A DNA stretch of 64,000 nt from an uncultured Thermoleophilia bacterium (GCA_963702475.1 CAVPCT010000005.1:512001-576000); one strand, 5' to 3'; shown: positions 22,705-32,765, counted from the stretch's first letter. Notes: generated by a model not told the origin, from the sequence alone. Numbers and translations: made by a program.

Positions 22705-23862
22705 TCAGAGGGCGCGCAGCGCCACTGTCGGGTCGAGCTTGCCGGCGTGGAGCGCCGGATACAGGGAGGCAAGGGCGCCGAGGGCGACGGCCATGGCGAT
22801 GGCCGCGACGCCCAGCAGCGGCGTCCACACCACTCCGGCGGCGCCGGCCAGGAGCGGGAGGACGGCGTACGTGATCCCCATGCCGGTCGCGTAGCCGAGC
22901 ACGCCGGCCACGGAGCTGGCGACGACCGCCTCGATCAGGATGATGCGGCTGATGTGCACCCGCCGGAAGCCGATGGCCCGGAACACGCCGATCTCGTGGG
23001 TGCGCTCCGCCACCGAGCCCATGACCGTCAGGAAGATCACGAGCGCCTCGATGGCGACCACGACGCCGACGATCGCGTAGCTGAACCTCCGGAACTGTTC
23101 CACAGCGTGCTCGCGGCTCTTGACCGCCTCCTGCAGGGCCGTCACCTCGACGTCGGGCAGCGCGCGGGCGATCTCGCCGGCGATGCGGTCCACGGGCGCG
23201 CCGGCGTACAGCGCCGCCACCTCGACCAGGGACACCTCGCCGGGCCTGTCCAGCACCCGCTGCACGGCGCCCAAGTCGGCGATCAGCAGTTCATCGTCCT
23301 GCCGGCCGGTGGGGCGCAGCACGCCCGTCACGGTGAACCGCCGGCCGGCGAGGCGCACGTAGTCGCCCATCTCGAGGCCGAGCACCTCGGCGGCCTTCGC
23401 GCCCGCGACCAGCTCGCGATCGCTCGCCGGCGGCCGGCCGGCGCCCACCGACCACCAGCGGTTCAGCTTGAACTGCTCCCGAGGCTCCACGCCCAGGAGC
23501 AGTGTGCGCCTCCCCTTCACGCGGACGACGCCGACCAGCTCCGGCGCGACGACGTCCACGTCTGCGCGGCTGGGGATGGAGTCGAGGCGGGCGAGGTCCT
23601 GCTCGGGGATCGACTGCTGGCCCACGGAGAGCCCGCCGGCCGAGATGCCGCCGTAACTCAGCGCCACGTCGTCGGAGCGCGGCGTGATGACGATGTTGGC
23701 GCCGAGGCTCTCCAGGTTGGCCTTCGTCTCTCCCGCCATGGACCGCGTGAGCGAGAGGAGCGCGACCACGGTGCTCACGCCGATGAGCAATGCCACGACG
23801 AGGAAGGCGGCGCGGGCCTTGCGGCGACGCAGGTTGCCGAGGGCGACGGTGAACAGAGTCAC
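22705..23862 (-). CDS. FtsX/MacB-type ABC permease
   Basis: NLRRRKAR, GANIVITP, ERTHEIGVFRAIG, LDPTVALR. Confidence 0.9.
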   Translation of the reverse strand: MTLFTVALGNLRRRKARAAFLVVALLIGVSTVVALLSLTRSMAGETKANLESLGANIVITPRSDDVALSYGGISAGGLSVGQQSIPEQDLARLDSIPSRADVDVVAPELVGVVRVKGRRTLLLGVEPREQFKLNRWWSVGAGRPPASDRELVAGAKAAEVLGLEMGDYVRLAGRRFTVTGVLRPTGRQDDELLIADLGAVQRVLDRPGEVSLVEVAALYAGAPVDRIAGEIARALPDVEVTALQEAVKSREHAVEQFRRFSYAIVGVVVAIEALVIFLTVMGSVAERTHEIGVFRAIGFRRVHISRIILIEAVVASSVAGVLGYATGMGITYAVLPLLAGAAGVVWTPLLGVAAIAMAVALGALASLYPALHAGKLDPTVALRAL

Positions 23863-23875
23863 GACGGGGTCCCGT

Positions 23876-25032
23876 TCACAGGGCGCGGAGCGCGACGGTG
23901 GGATCCATGCGACTGGCGTGCAGCGCCGGGGGGAGCGAGGCCAGGGCGCCGATCGCCACGGCGAGGCCCACGGCCCCGCCGGCGAGGGCCGGCGCCCACT
24001 CGACGGCCACCCCCTGAGCGCCGAGAAGCGGCAGCAGCAGGTGGCTCACGCCCATGCCGGCGAGATAGCCGAGGGCGCCGGCGAGCAGGCTCGCGGCCGA
24101 CGCCTCCATGAGGATGAGGCCCGTCACGTGCCGGCGGCGAAAGCCCAGAGCGCGCAGGACACCGATCTCCCGCGTACGGGCGTTGACCGCGCCCATCATG
24201 GTCACGAACACGACCAGGGCCTCGATGACCACGATCACCCCGGCCACGATCCAGCTGAACGCGCGGAACCGGTCGATGGCGTGCATGTTGTTCTTCACCT
24301 TGTCCTGCAGGGCGGTGACGCGGGTCCCGGGAAGGACACCGCCGACCTGGCGCACGATCTCCTCCACGGGGCAGTTGCTGCAGAGCGCGGCGATCTGGAC
24401 CAGAGAGACCTTGCCCGGCCTGCCCAGAAGCGACTGCGCCGTGCCCAGCTCGGCGATGAGCAGGTCGTCGTCCTGGGAGCCCGTCGGGCGCAGGACCCCG
24501 GTGACGGTGAGCTCGCGGCCGCCCACGGTGACGCGGTCGCCGGTACGCAGGCCGAGGACCTCGGCGGCCGTCGCACCGGCGACCAGCTCCCGGTCGCCCT
24601 TCGGCGGCCGCCCGTCGAGGCTCCACCACTTCTTGAGCGCGAACTCCTCCTTCGGCTGGACGCCCATGAGCAGCGCCCGCCTGCCCTCGACGCTCACCGT
24701 GCCGAGGAGCTCCGGTGCGATGATGGCGATGTTGGCGCGGTTGGGGATGGAGTCGAGGCGCGAGAGGCCGGCCTCGCGGATCTCGCGCGACCCGACCGCC
24801 ACATCGGCCACCGACACGCCGCCGTACAGAGGGAGAGACCCTCGCTGCGCGGCGCCACGAGGATGTTGGCGCCGTACGTCTCGAGATTGTTCTGGGCCTG
24901 CTCCGTGAGAGCCGCACTCAGGGTGAGCAGCGCCACCACCGTGCCGATGCCCACGAGCAGGCCGGCGACAAGAAAGGCGGCCCGGGACGTGCGACGCCGC
25001 AGGCTGCGAAACGCCACCGTGCTCAGCCTCAC
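23876..25032 (-). CDS. FtsX/MacB-type ABC permease paralogue; frameshift at about 24830
   Basis: ORF 24694-25032 supplies the N-terminus (YGANILVAP) and ORF 23876-24817 the remainder, including ALCSNCP and RTREIGVLRALG. Confidence 0.88.
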
Positions 25033-25109
25033 GACCGGTCCTCCCTCGGGCGCGTGCGCGTCTGGCTCATGCCGCGTTCAGGATCCCGGGCGCCGAAGGC
25101 CTCGCCGGC

Positions 25110-25688
25110 TCAGAAGTACTGCGCGCCGGCCTGAAGGCTGTCGACGGTGATCGTCAGGGTCTCGCCCTGCACGCTGCGCTTCAGCGGGATGGGGTTGCAG
25201 CCGCCGGTGACGACGTTGATCTCCTTGGCCGGAAAGACCTGGCCGCAGTTGTTGCAGACCATGGAGTCACCCTCCTGGCTGTACCCCTTCTTCTGCGCGT
25301 AACACACCTCGCAGGCGTCGAGGGCGGCGCGCACCTTGCCGGTGCTGTCGGACAGCACGAAGTACTTGACCGTGGTGCCGCCGGCGTCGTAGGTGAAGAA
25401 GTGGGCCTTGCCGTCGTTCACCGACGCCACGGGCATGATCACGTCGGCGCCCGGTGCGGTCGCGACCGTCGCCGTCGCGGTCTCACCGCCGCCGCGGTTG
25501 GAGACGACGACGAACGCCACCACAGCGACGACCACGAGGGCGCCGATGGCCGCGGCAACGTGCAGGCCGGTGCGCGACTTCGGCGCCTCGAACTGGGCAC
25601 GCTTCTCCTCGCGCCGCTGCTGCTGGTCGTCGCGACGGGCGCTCTGCTGATGGCCGGTGCTCCGGCCGCGATTGCGGGACGTGCTCAC
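25110..25688 (-). CDS. DUF2318 membrane-anchored Cys-rich (predicted Fe-S/metal-binding) protein
   Basis: ALDACEVC...GY...CNNCGQVF...GGCNPIPL; AAGGAGG RBS before GTG. Confidence 0.85.
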   Translation of the reverse strand: MSTSRNRGRSTGHQQSARRDDQQQRREEKRAQFEAPKSRTGLHVAAAIGALVVVAVVAFVVVSNRGGGETATATVATAPGADVIMPVASVNDGKAHFFTYDAGGTTVKYFVLSDSTGKVRAALDACEVCYAQKKGYSQEGDSMVCNNCGQVFPAKEINVVTGGCNPIPLKRSVQGETLTITVDSLQAGAQYF

Positions 25689-25761
25689 GTGGTGACCTCC
25701 TTGACGGGCGGGCCGCGCCGCGCCGGCGGGTTCTCGGGTGTGGGCATGGTAGAGGGTCCGG

Positions 25762-25778
25762 ATGAAGAAGGTGTGTAG
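25762..25778 (-). promoter_or_regulatory. 11-bp-period direct-repeat box upstream of the DUF2318 operon
   Basis: CTACAC-N5-CTTCAT, followed 10 nt later by -10 TACCAT. Confidence 0.55.
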
Positions 25779-25874
25779 GGCCGCGGCGTCGATCGCTCGG
25801 CGCCATCCCGTTCGTCCCGGCGCTGCACTACAATGCCGCCAAGAGATCGAGGACCTGACCATGGGAGGCTACTG

Positions 25875-26174
25875 GTGAGCCTGCGCATAGCTGTCGACCA
25901 CGAACGCATCGCCGACTTCTGCCGGCGCAACCACATCGTCAGCCTCTCGTTCTTCGGTTCCGTGCTGCGCGACGACTTCGGCCCTGACAGCGACGTCGAC
26001 GTCCTGGTCGAGTTCGAACCCGGCAGCATGCCGAGCCTGTTCGGGCTGGTCCGCATGCAGCGCGAACTCAGCGAGATCGTCGAACGGCAAGTCGACTTCA
26101 AGACGCCGGGGTTCCTGAGCCGGTACGTCAGAGACCGGGTACTCGCCGAAGCGCTTGAGGAGTATGTCGCCTGA
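25875..26174 (+). CDS. MNT minimal nucleotidyltransferase antitoxin
   Basis: FGSVLRDDFGPDSDVDVLVEF (GSX10DXD motif). Confidence 0.9.
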   Translation: MSLRIAVDHERIADFCRRNHIVSLSFFGSVLRDDFGPDSDVDVLVEFEPGSMPSLFGLVRMQRELSEIVERQVDFKTPGFLSRYVRDRVLAEALEEYVA

Positions 26175-26517
26175 CGACGACATCACGCGTCTCAGGCACA
26201 TCCTTGACGCGGCGGAGAGAGCGACCAGGATCCTCGGAGGACGCTCGCTGGAAGAGCTCGCGCTCCACCAGAGTGATGACCTGGCACTGGAGCGACTGCT
26301 CGAGATCATCGGTGAGGCGGCCAACCGCGTGAGCCCCTCCACGATGACGCAGCTTGCAGACCTGCCGTGGCGCGACCTCATCGACGTGCGCAACGTCATC
26401 ATCCATGCCTACCTCGATGTGGAACTTGAGACGGTCTGGCGCACAGTCGTCGAGGATCTGCCCTCGCTTGTCGACACCCTGGAACGCTTCCTGAGAACGG
26501 TCGATCCGCCGGACTGA
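26164..26517 (+). CDS. HEPN/DUF86 RNase toxin (HepT-like)
   Basis: LEIIGEAA and RNVIIHAY (RX4HXY motif); overlaps the MNT gene. Confidence 0.9.
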   Translation: MSPDDDITRLRHILDAAERATRILGGRSLEELALHQSDDLALERLLEIIGEAANRVSPSTMTQLADLPWRDLIDVRNVIIHAYLDVELETVWRTVVEDLPSLVDTLERFLRTVDPPD

Positions 26518-26546
26518 CGGCGCCCCGGCACGAGGAATCTCCGGCC

Positions 26547-27146
26547 CTACCCCACGCGCAGGCGTTTGAGCAGCAGCGCGTTCAGCGCGACGATGACGCT
26601 CGAGCCGGACATCGAGATGGCGGCGATCTCCGGCCGCAGCGTGAGACCGAGCGGGGCGAAGACGCCGGCGGCGATGGGCAGGGCGATGGCGTTGTAGCCG
26701 ATCGCCCAGCCGAGGTTCTGGCGCATCTTGCGCAGCGTGCCGCGGCTGATGTCGATCGCGCGCACGACGTCCTCGGGGTCGGAGCGCATCAGCACCACGT
26801 CGGCCGTCTCGACGGCGACGTCGGTGCCGGCGCCGATGGCGATGCCGACGTCCGCCTGTGCGAGCGCGGGCGCGTCGTTGACGCCGTCCCCCACCATGGC
26901 CACACGGCGGCCTTGGCGTTGGAGCGCCTCGATCTCCGCGGCCTTGCCCCCGGGCAGCACGCCGGCCCGGACCTCGTCGATGCCGAGCTCCGCCGCGATG
27001 CGGCCCAGCACGAGCTCCATCACCGCCTCCTCGCTTGCCCATCCCAGTCCACGGACGTCGAGGACGGCGACGACGTCCCGCGCGGAGACCGGCGTCGCCC
27101 CGCCGGGAGTCGATCGATCGTCGTGTGGACCCGAGCCCGTCGTCAT
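26547..27146 (-). pseudogene. Heavy-metal P1B-type ATPase with a large in-frame internal deletion
   Basis: The start of an HMA-like domain is joined directly to [10 protein letters not shown]...[13 protein letters not shown]...[11 protein letters not shown]...MSGSS; TGES, the CPx motif and DKTGT are all absent. Confidence 0.85.
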
Positions 27147-27325
27147 GGTCCCGCCTCCACCAGTCAAAGAGGGTTGGAACAGTCCCTTCTTCCCGCGCGG
27201 CGTGAAGAGCGGATGAAGCAACCGTTGGCGCAGGCGCCCGGACGCGGTCCCGAACGCAGTGACGCCCGCCCGCCGCACGGAGCGGCGAGCGGGCGTCTCG
27301 TCAACGCGCGTCTACCTGCCGGAAT

Positions 27326-27523
27326 TCAGTGATGCTCCCAGCCGGAGAAGCCGAAGTGCATGCCCGGGTTCATATCGGCGCCCAGCATGTTGGCCCGGGC
27401 CATCTCCGCGTGGTGCTGGCCGAACTCCCGGCCGGCGCCGCCCGAGGCGTTCGCGGCAAGGGCGCCGGCGGGGACGAGCAGCAGGGCGAACAGGCCGACG
27501 AGGGTGACGATGATGGTCTTCAC
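27326..27523 (-). CDS. Small secreted His/Met-rich protein (65 aa)
   Basis: AGGAG RBS, signal peptide ending ALA, FGQHHAEMA...MNPGMHFGFSGWEHH. Confidence 0.75.
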   Translation of the reverse strand: MKTIIVTLVGLFALLLVPAGALAANASGGAGREFGQHHAEMARANMLGADMNPGMHFGFSGWEHH

Positions 27524-27604
27524 GTGTACTCCTGACGACGTGGGTCTCGGGTCGCGGTAGTTGGGGCCACGACCAGCGTGCACACAGCAAGGTAGCCGGC
27601 CGCC

Positions 27605-27649
27605 GTGGAGATTCCGTGAAGGCCCAGGGATCCTTCACGACGCGTTCAC
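27605..27649. promoter_or_regulatory. Divergent promoter with two back-to-back direct-repeat boxes
   Basis: Minus strand CTTCAC-N5-CTCCAC (27605-27621) and plus strand CTTCAC-N5-GTTCAC (27633-27649), each 10 nt before a -10-like hexamer (TACCTT, CATGCT). Confidence 0.65.
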
Positions 27650-27728
27650 ACCCGGGGGGCATGCTGCACCTGAAGCCAACGAGAGGCGGTTCGGTCCCAT
27701 GGCCGGCGCCGCCGGAGAGGAGTACGTG

Positions 27729-27983
27729 ATGGGTTTCCTCGACATGATGTCTGGGTGGGGCGGAGCAGGGTCCGGCTGGGTCATGTATCTGGGGATGATC
27801 GCGCTCTGGGCTGGGGTCGTCGCCCTCATCGTCTTGACCATGAAGGCTGCGGCAGGGCCGCACGCGACGCAGGCGACCCCGTCGCAGACACAGATCGGCG
27901 CCATCGACATCCTGAAGCGCCGCTACGCAGCCGGCGAGATCGACGCCGCCGAGTTCGAGCAGATGAAGGGTGACCTTGCCTGA
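27729..27983 (+). CDS. SHOCT-domain small membrane protein
   Basis: Met/Gly/Trp-rich N-terminus, one TM, AIDILKRRYAAGEIDAAEFEQ. Confidence 0.85.
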   Translation: MGFLDMMSGWGGAGSGWVMYLGMIALWAGVVALIVLTMKAAAGPHATQATPSQTQIGAIDILKRRYAAGEIDAAEFEQMKGDLA

Positions 27984-29569
27984 GAACCCGGCATGGGGTG
28001 GCCTGACCCGCCGCGAGCTCCTCAAAGTCGGGGCGCTCGGCGTCGCCGGCGGCGCGCTCACGCTCTCGGGGCTGGCCAGGATGGCCGCCGATGCGAACCA
28101 GGCGGATGCCGCGGTCGGCATCGCCTCCCGTGGTGCCCGCCTGGCCGACCCCCGCGAGCTCGCCCTGATTCCGCGAGCGCGCGGTGTGCGCGAGGGCAGC
28201 CTCGTCGTCGCCGAGAGCGATGTGCCGCTTGCCGGCACGTCGGCGCACCTGTCCGCCTACAACGGTCGGGTGCCAGGTCCCCTCGTGCGCGTGCGCAGCG
28301 GCGACAAGATGCGGCTGCGCGTGACCAACGACCTGGTGCCAGGTGGCGCCAACGGCCTCGGCGTCCAGCGCGGCGCGACCAACCTGCACACTCACGGCTG
28401 GCACGTCTCGCCGTCCGACCCGGCCGACAACACGATGCGGAGCCTCGAGCCCGGCGACTCGTGGACGTACGAGTACGACCTCACTCATCAACCGGCCGGC
28501 AGCATGGGGTGGTACCACCCGCACGTCCACGGACTGGTCGCCGAGCAACTGTGGGCAGGGCTCGCAGGACCGCTCGTGGTCGACGACCCCGACGACACCC
28601 TCGGCTCGTTCGAGACACACGTGCTCGTCCTCAAGGACTTCGGGATCTCGGGTGGGCGCCCCGCGCCCTACTCGTCGCCCATGGACTTCATGCTCGGCAA
28701 GATCGGCCCGGTGGTCACCGTGAACGGGCAGGTCGATCCTCGCATCGACGCGAGACCCGGCAGCGTACAACGCTGGCGTCTGCTCAACGCGAGCACGGCC
28801 CGGTTCTACCGCCTGGCTCTGGAGCGGCACGAGCTCTGGGTGATCGGCACGGACGGCGGCCTGCTCGACAAGCCGTACGCGGTGCGGGAGCTGCTCCTGT
28901 CGCCGGGCGAGCGCGCGGATGTCCTCGTCAAGGTCGCGAAGACGAACGCCACGTGTCGGCTGCTCGCCCTGCCGTACTCCCGCGGCTCGATGATGGGGGG
29001 CATGATGGGCGGGGGCATGATGGGCGGGGGCGCGACACCGCAGGCGAACATCCTCACACTCCGCAGCTCGGGCCGCGGCGCAGGGATGTCGTTGCCTGCG
29101 GTCATCGACCCCGCTGCGCGACGCGTGGACCCGCAGTTGGGCGCCGCGGTCCGCCGTAGCTTCGTGCTCGGCATGGGGATGGGCGGTATGGGCATGGGAG
29201 GCATGGCCGTGCAGGGGACCATCAACGGCCAGAGCTTCGACGTCGACCCCCTGGTCTGTACGCTCAGCGCTCCCCGCCTCAGGCGAAGCGTGGGAACTCT
29301 GGACGATCGACAACCCCACGGGCATGGACCATCCCTGGCACCAGCACACCAACCACGCCCAGGTGGTGTCGATCAGCGGCGGAGATGCGGGATACGCCGC
29401 CCTGTACACGCGGGCGCCGGCCTGGAAGGACACGGTCATCGTGCCGCGCGGCGGCAGCGTGACGCAACTTGTCCGCATCAGCGACTGGCGCGGCACGGCC
29501 ATGTTCCACTGCCACATCGTGGAGCACGAGGACATCGGCATGCTCGGGCTGTGGGAGATCGCCTCATGA
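27970..29569 (+). CDS. Tat-exported multicopper oxidase; frameshift at about 29260-29290
   Basis: TRRELLK, NLHTHG, WYHPHVHG, then in a shifted frame HPWHQH and HCHIVEHEDIGM; Met-rich loops. Confidence 0.9.
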
Positions 29570-29833
29570 TGTCGTGGAACGGAGATGGCGTGTGGGGTCA
29601 GCCGCCGGTCTGGGGCGTCGGCGGCTGGCTCCTGTTCTTCGGTCTGCTCCTGCTCGGCGCCGCGGTCGTCCTGCTCGTGAGCTACGTGGTGCGGGCCGGA
29701 GCGGCGCGGCGCCGGACGGGATCATCACGCGCGGCGGCCAGGTGAGACCGCGCAGGACATCCTGCGACGTCGCTACGCGAGCGGTCTGATCGAGCGCGAC
29801 GACTACCTCCGGAGACTCGAGGATCTACACTGA
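29566..29833 (+). CDS. Second SHOCT-domain membrane protein; frameshift at about 29700-29745
   Basis: MMSWNG...TM, then AQDILRRRYASGLIERDDYLRRLEDL in another frame. Confidence 0.75.
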
Positions 29834-29936
29834 GCGCGACGGTCTGCTGAAGGCCGGCGCAACGGACTCCCGCCGAACATCTGTCCGGATCGGCACTACA
29901 GTGGTGATTCAGTCCGCACCCCAGGAGGGCTCATCC

Positions 29937-30302
29937 ATGCCTCTCGACTTCGAGTGCTACGCAGAGCTGGTCGGCACCGACACGGCCGTCGTCACCGTTC
30001 AGGGCGAGCTGGACGTGTTCACGGCCGAGCGACTCGGTGACGTCCTGAAGGAGGTCGGATCGTGGCGCGTGGGCCGACGCCTCGTGATCGACCTGACGGC
30101 CTGCAGCTTCATGGACTCGACCGGGCTCGCCGTGCTGGTGGCCGCGAAGCATCGCCAGGACGACGCACCGCTCCACGTCGCGGCACATGTCGGCGCGCTC
30201 AGGGTCCTGACCATCTCCGATCTCGACAAGGTCCTGCAGGTCTACCGCTCGCGGGAGGAGGCGCTCGCGGCACTCGGGGAGATGGACCAGCCCACGGCCT
30301 GA
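29937..30302 (+). CDS. STAS-domain anti-sigma-factor antagonist
   Basis: VQGELDVFTA, IDLTACSFMDSTGL. Confidence 0.88.
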   Translation: MPLDFECYAELVGTDTAVVTVQGELDVFTAERLGDVLKEVGSWRVGRRLVIDLTACSFMDSTGLAVLVAAKHRQDDAPLHVAAHVGALRVLTISDLDKVLQVYRSREEALAALGEMDQPTA

Positions 30303-30664
30303 AGACAGGCGGCCCCGCCATGCCGACTCGATCCAACGGAGATGATCCATGGCCTGCTTGGAGCGACGGTCGTGAAGGGTGCGTCGCTGTTCTTGCCATC
30401 ACATCGGCCCTGACGAGTTCGCGCTCGTGGCTGACAGGACCGACTACGCCAAGTCATCTCGGGGGTCATGAGACAAGCGAGCTCGGCCGAAGCCGCCCCC
30501 TCACCCTGAGTCTCGCGCCTGCCCATGCCGGCTCTCCCTCGGTCCACGGACCGTGCCTGGCTTCGGGCGCGTGCACGCGGACTGCGGTCACGGGACTTCG
30601 CCCTATCGGTGTACGGGCATCGGGGTACAGTTCCCGGAGTAGCGGCCGACGCGGAGGTGGCGCA

Positions 30665-31361
30665 GTGGCTCAGCAGAAGATCGTGGTCATCGACGACGAG
30701 GAGTCGGTGCGCGAGGTCGTGCGCGCCTACCTGGAGAAGGACGGGTTCCACGTGTTCACCGCCGTCGACGGCCGCGAAGGGCTGGCGCTCACCGAGCGCC
30801 ACCAGCCCGACCTCATCGTGCTCGACCTCATGCTCCCCGACCTCTCCGGCGAAGAGGTGTGCCAGGAGGTCCGCAGCCGCTCTGACGTGCCCATCGTCAT
30901 GCTCACAGCCAAGGCCAGCGAGGACGAGCGCATCGCCGGGCTCGTCGCCGGGGCCGACGACTACCTCGTGAAGCCGTTCAGCCCGCGAGAGCTGGTGGCG
31001 CGCGTGCACGCCGTGCTGCGTCGTACCGGCGGCGTGGAGCAGCCCCTCGTGCAGGTGCTCCGCTTCGACGAGGGGCGGCTGGAGATCGACAGCGTGCAGG
31101 CACGAGGTCCGTCGCGACGGCGAGCCGGTCGATCTCACGCCCAACGAGTTCAAGCTCCTCACGGCGCTGGCCACGTACCCCGGCCGCGCCTACTCGCGCT
31201 ACGAGCTCATCGACCGGGTGATGGGCTACGACTTCGACGGCGACGAGCGCACCATCGACGTGCACGTCAAGAACCTGCGCAAGAAGCTCGAGCCGGAGCC
31301 CAGGCGCCCGCGCTACATCGAGACGGTGACCGGCATCGGCTACCGGCTCGCCAAGTTGTGA
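30665..31361 (+). CDS. OmpR-family response regulator; frameshift at about 31100
   Basis: IDDE, LDLMLP, GADDYLVKPFSPREL, then LTPNEFKLL...RTIDVHVKNLRKK...ETVTGIGYRL in a shifted frame. Confidence 0.9.
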
Positions 31362-31369
31362 GGTAGCGC

Positions 31370-32722
31370 GTGCGCTGGGGACTGTTCCCTCGTTTGGTCG
31401 TCGCGTTCATGGCGGTGGCGCTGCTGGGCGCCGCCATCACGACCGTCTACTCCAACCTCAGCCTGACGTCGCAACTCGAGACCACCGCCGAGGCGCGCAT
31501 CGCCAATTCGGCCATGCACTTCGGCGACGTGGCAGCGGTGCTCTCGACGAACGGGCGCTGGAGCAGGCAAAGCATCGAGACCATGCACCACCTGGCCCAG
31601 ATCGACTTCCTGGCCGTCCGGGTCTACGACTCCGACGGAGGACTTGTGTTCGAGCACCCGACCTCCGCGCCGGTGGAGCCCGGGGCCGCCGCGAGCGCGC
31701 CGATCATGGCGGGCGACGAACCGATCGGCAGGGTCACGGTGAGCCGCGACGACGGACAGCTGTTCTCCGTGGAGGAGATCGAGCTGCGCAGCCGCCTGGT
31801 GCGCGAGAACGTCCTGGCCGGCGCTGTCTCCGTCGCCGTCGCGCTCGCCGTGGCGCTGTATCTGGCGGTGACCCTGTCCAAACCGCTGCGGCGCATCCGC
31901 GCCGGCGCCGAAGCGATGGGCGCCGGCGACCTGCAGGCGCGCGTGCCGGAGAGCGGCGACGCCGAGATCCGCGCCGTGGCCGAGGCCCTCAACGGGCTCG
32001 CCGAGACGTTGCAGCAGGAGGAGAGCCTGCGCAAGGAGAGCGTCGCCGACCTTGCGCACGAGCTGCGCACGCCGGTGATGGGCCTGCTGGCGCGCATCGA
32101 GGCCGCCCAGGACGGCGTGCTCGCCGACGAGGCCGCCAACCTGTCGGCCATGCACGACGAGGCGCTCCGCCTGGCGCGGCTGCTCGACGACCTCTCGTCC
32201 CTGGCCGAGGCGCAGCGTCCCGGATTGCTCCTCGACCTGGTGGATGTGGACCTCGCCGCTGTGGCCCGCAGGCAGGCGGCGGCCTTCGCGCCGCGCTTCG
32301 CCGAGAAGGGCATCTCGTTCGACGAGGACCTCGAAGAGGCGCTCGTGGAGGGCGAGCCCAAGCGGCTCGAGCAGATCCTCGCCAACCTGTTCTCCAACGC
32401 GCTTCGCTACACAGACCCCGGTGGGCGCGTGACGGTGCACGTGGCGCCGGTGGACGGCCACGCCGAGCTGGCCGTCCGGGACACGGGCATCGGCATCGCC
32501 CAGGCCGACCTCCAGAACGTGTTCACGCGCTTCTGGCGCGGCGAGAAGTCGCGGTCCCGGGCCACCGGAGGAGCCGGCATCGGGCTCTCCATCGTGAAGG
32601 AGCTGGTGCGCGCCCACGGCGGCGACGTGGCCGTGGAGAGCGTGCCGGGCGAGGGCTCGCTGTTCAGGGTCACCCTGCCCCTGGCCGCAGTGCCGGCGCC
32701 GAAGGCACGGCGCCCGGCCTGA
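31370..32722 (+). CDS. HAMP sensor histidine kinase (BaeS/CopS-like)
   Basis: Two TM segments, HAMP, AHELRTP, NLFSNALRY, DTGIGI, GAGIGL. Confidence 0.92.
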   Translation: MRWGLFPRLVVAFMAVALLGAAITTVYSNLSLTSQLETTAEARIANSAMHFGDVAAVLSTNGRWSRQSIETMHHLAQIDFLAVRVYDSDGGLVFEHPTSAPVEPGAAASAPIMAGDEPIGRVTVSRDDGQLFSVEEIELRSRLVRENVLAGAVSVAVALAVALYLAVTLSKPLRRIRAGAEAMGAGDLQARVPESGDAEIRAVAEALNGLAETLQQEESLRKESVADLAHELRTPVMGLLARIEAAQDGVLADEAANLSAMHDEALRLARLLDDLSSLAEAQRPGLLLDLVDVDLAAVARRQAAAFAPRFAEKGISFDEDLEEALVEGEPKRLEQILANLFSNALRYTDPGGRVTVHVAPVDGHAELAVRDTGIGIAQADLQNVFTRFWRGEKSRSRATGGAGIGLSIVKELVRAHGGDVAVESVPGEGSLFRVTLPLAAVPAPKARRPA

Positions 32723-32765
32723 CGGGGGCGGGCGCCGCGAGCCCGGGCCGGCGGCCGGCAGCGCC

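Noticed and set aside
27970-29745. Multicopper oxidase with a C-terminal TM and no type-1 Cu site
   Set aside because: The frameshift moves the last Cu ligands into another frame; the TM belongs to the next SHOCT gene
30062-30664. Long N-terminal extension on the response regulator, or a small ORF in the 30303-30664 spacer
   Set aside because: Poor codon bias and a clear GGAGG + GTG start at 30665; at most a degraded remnant that I cannot assign
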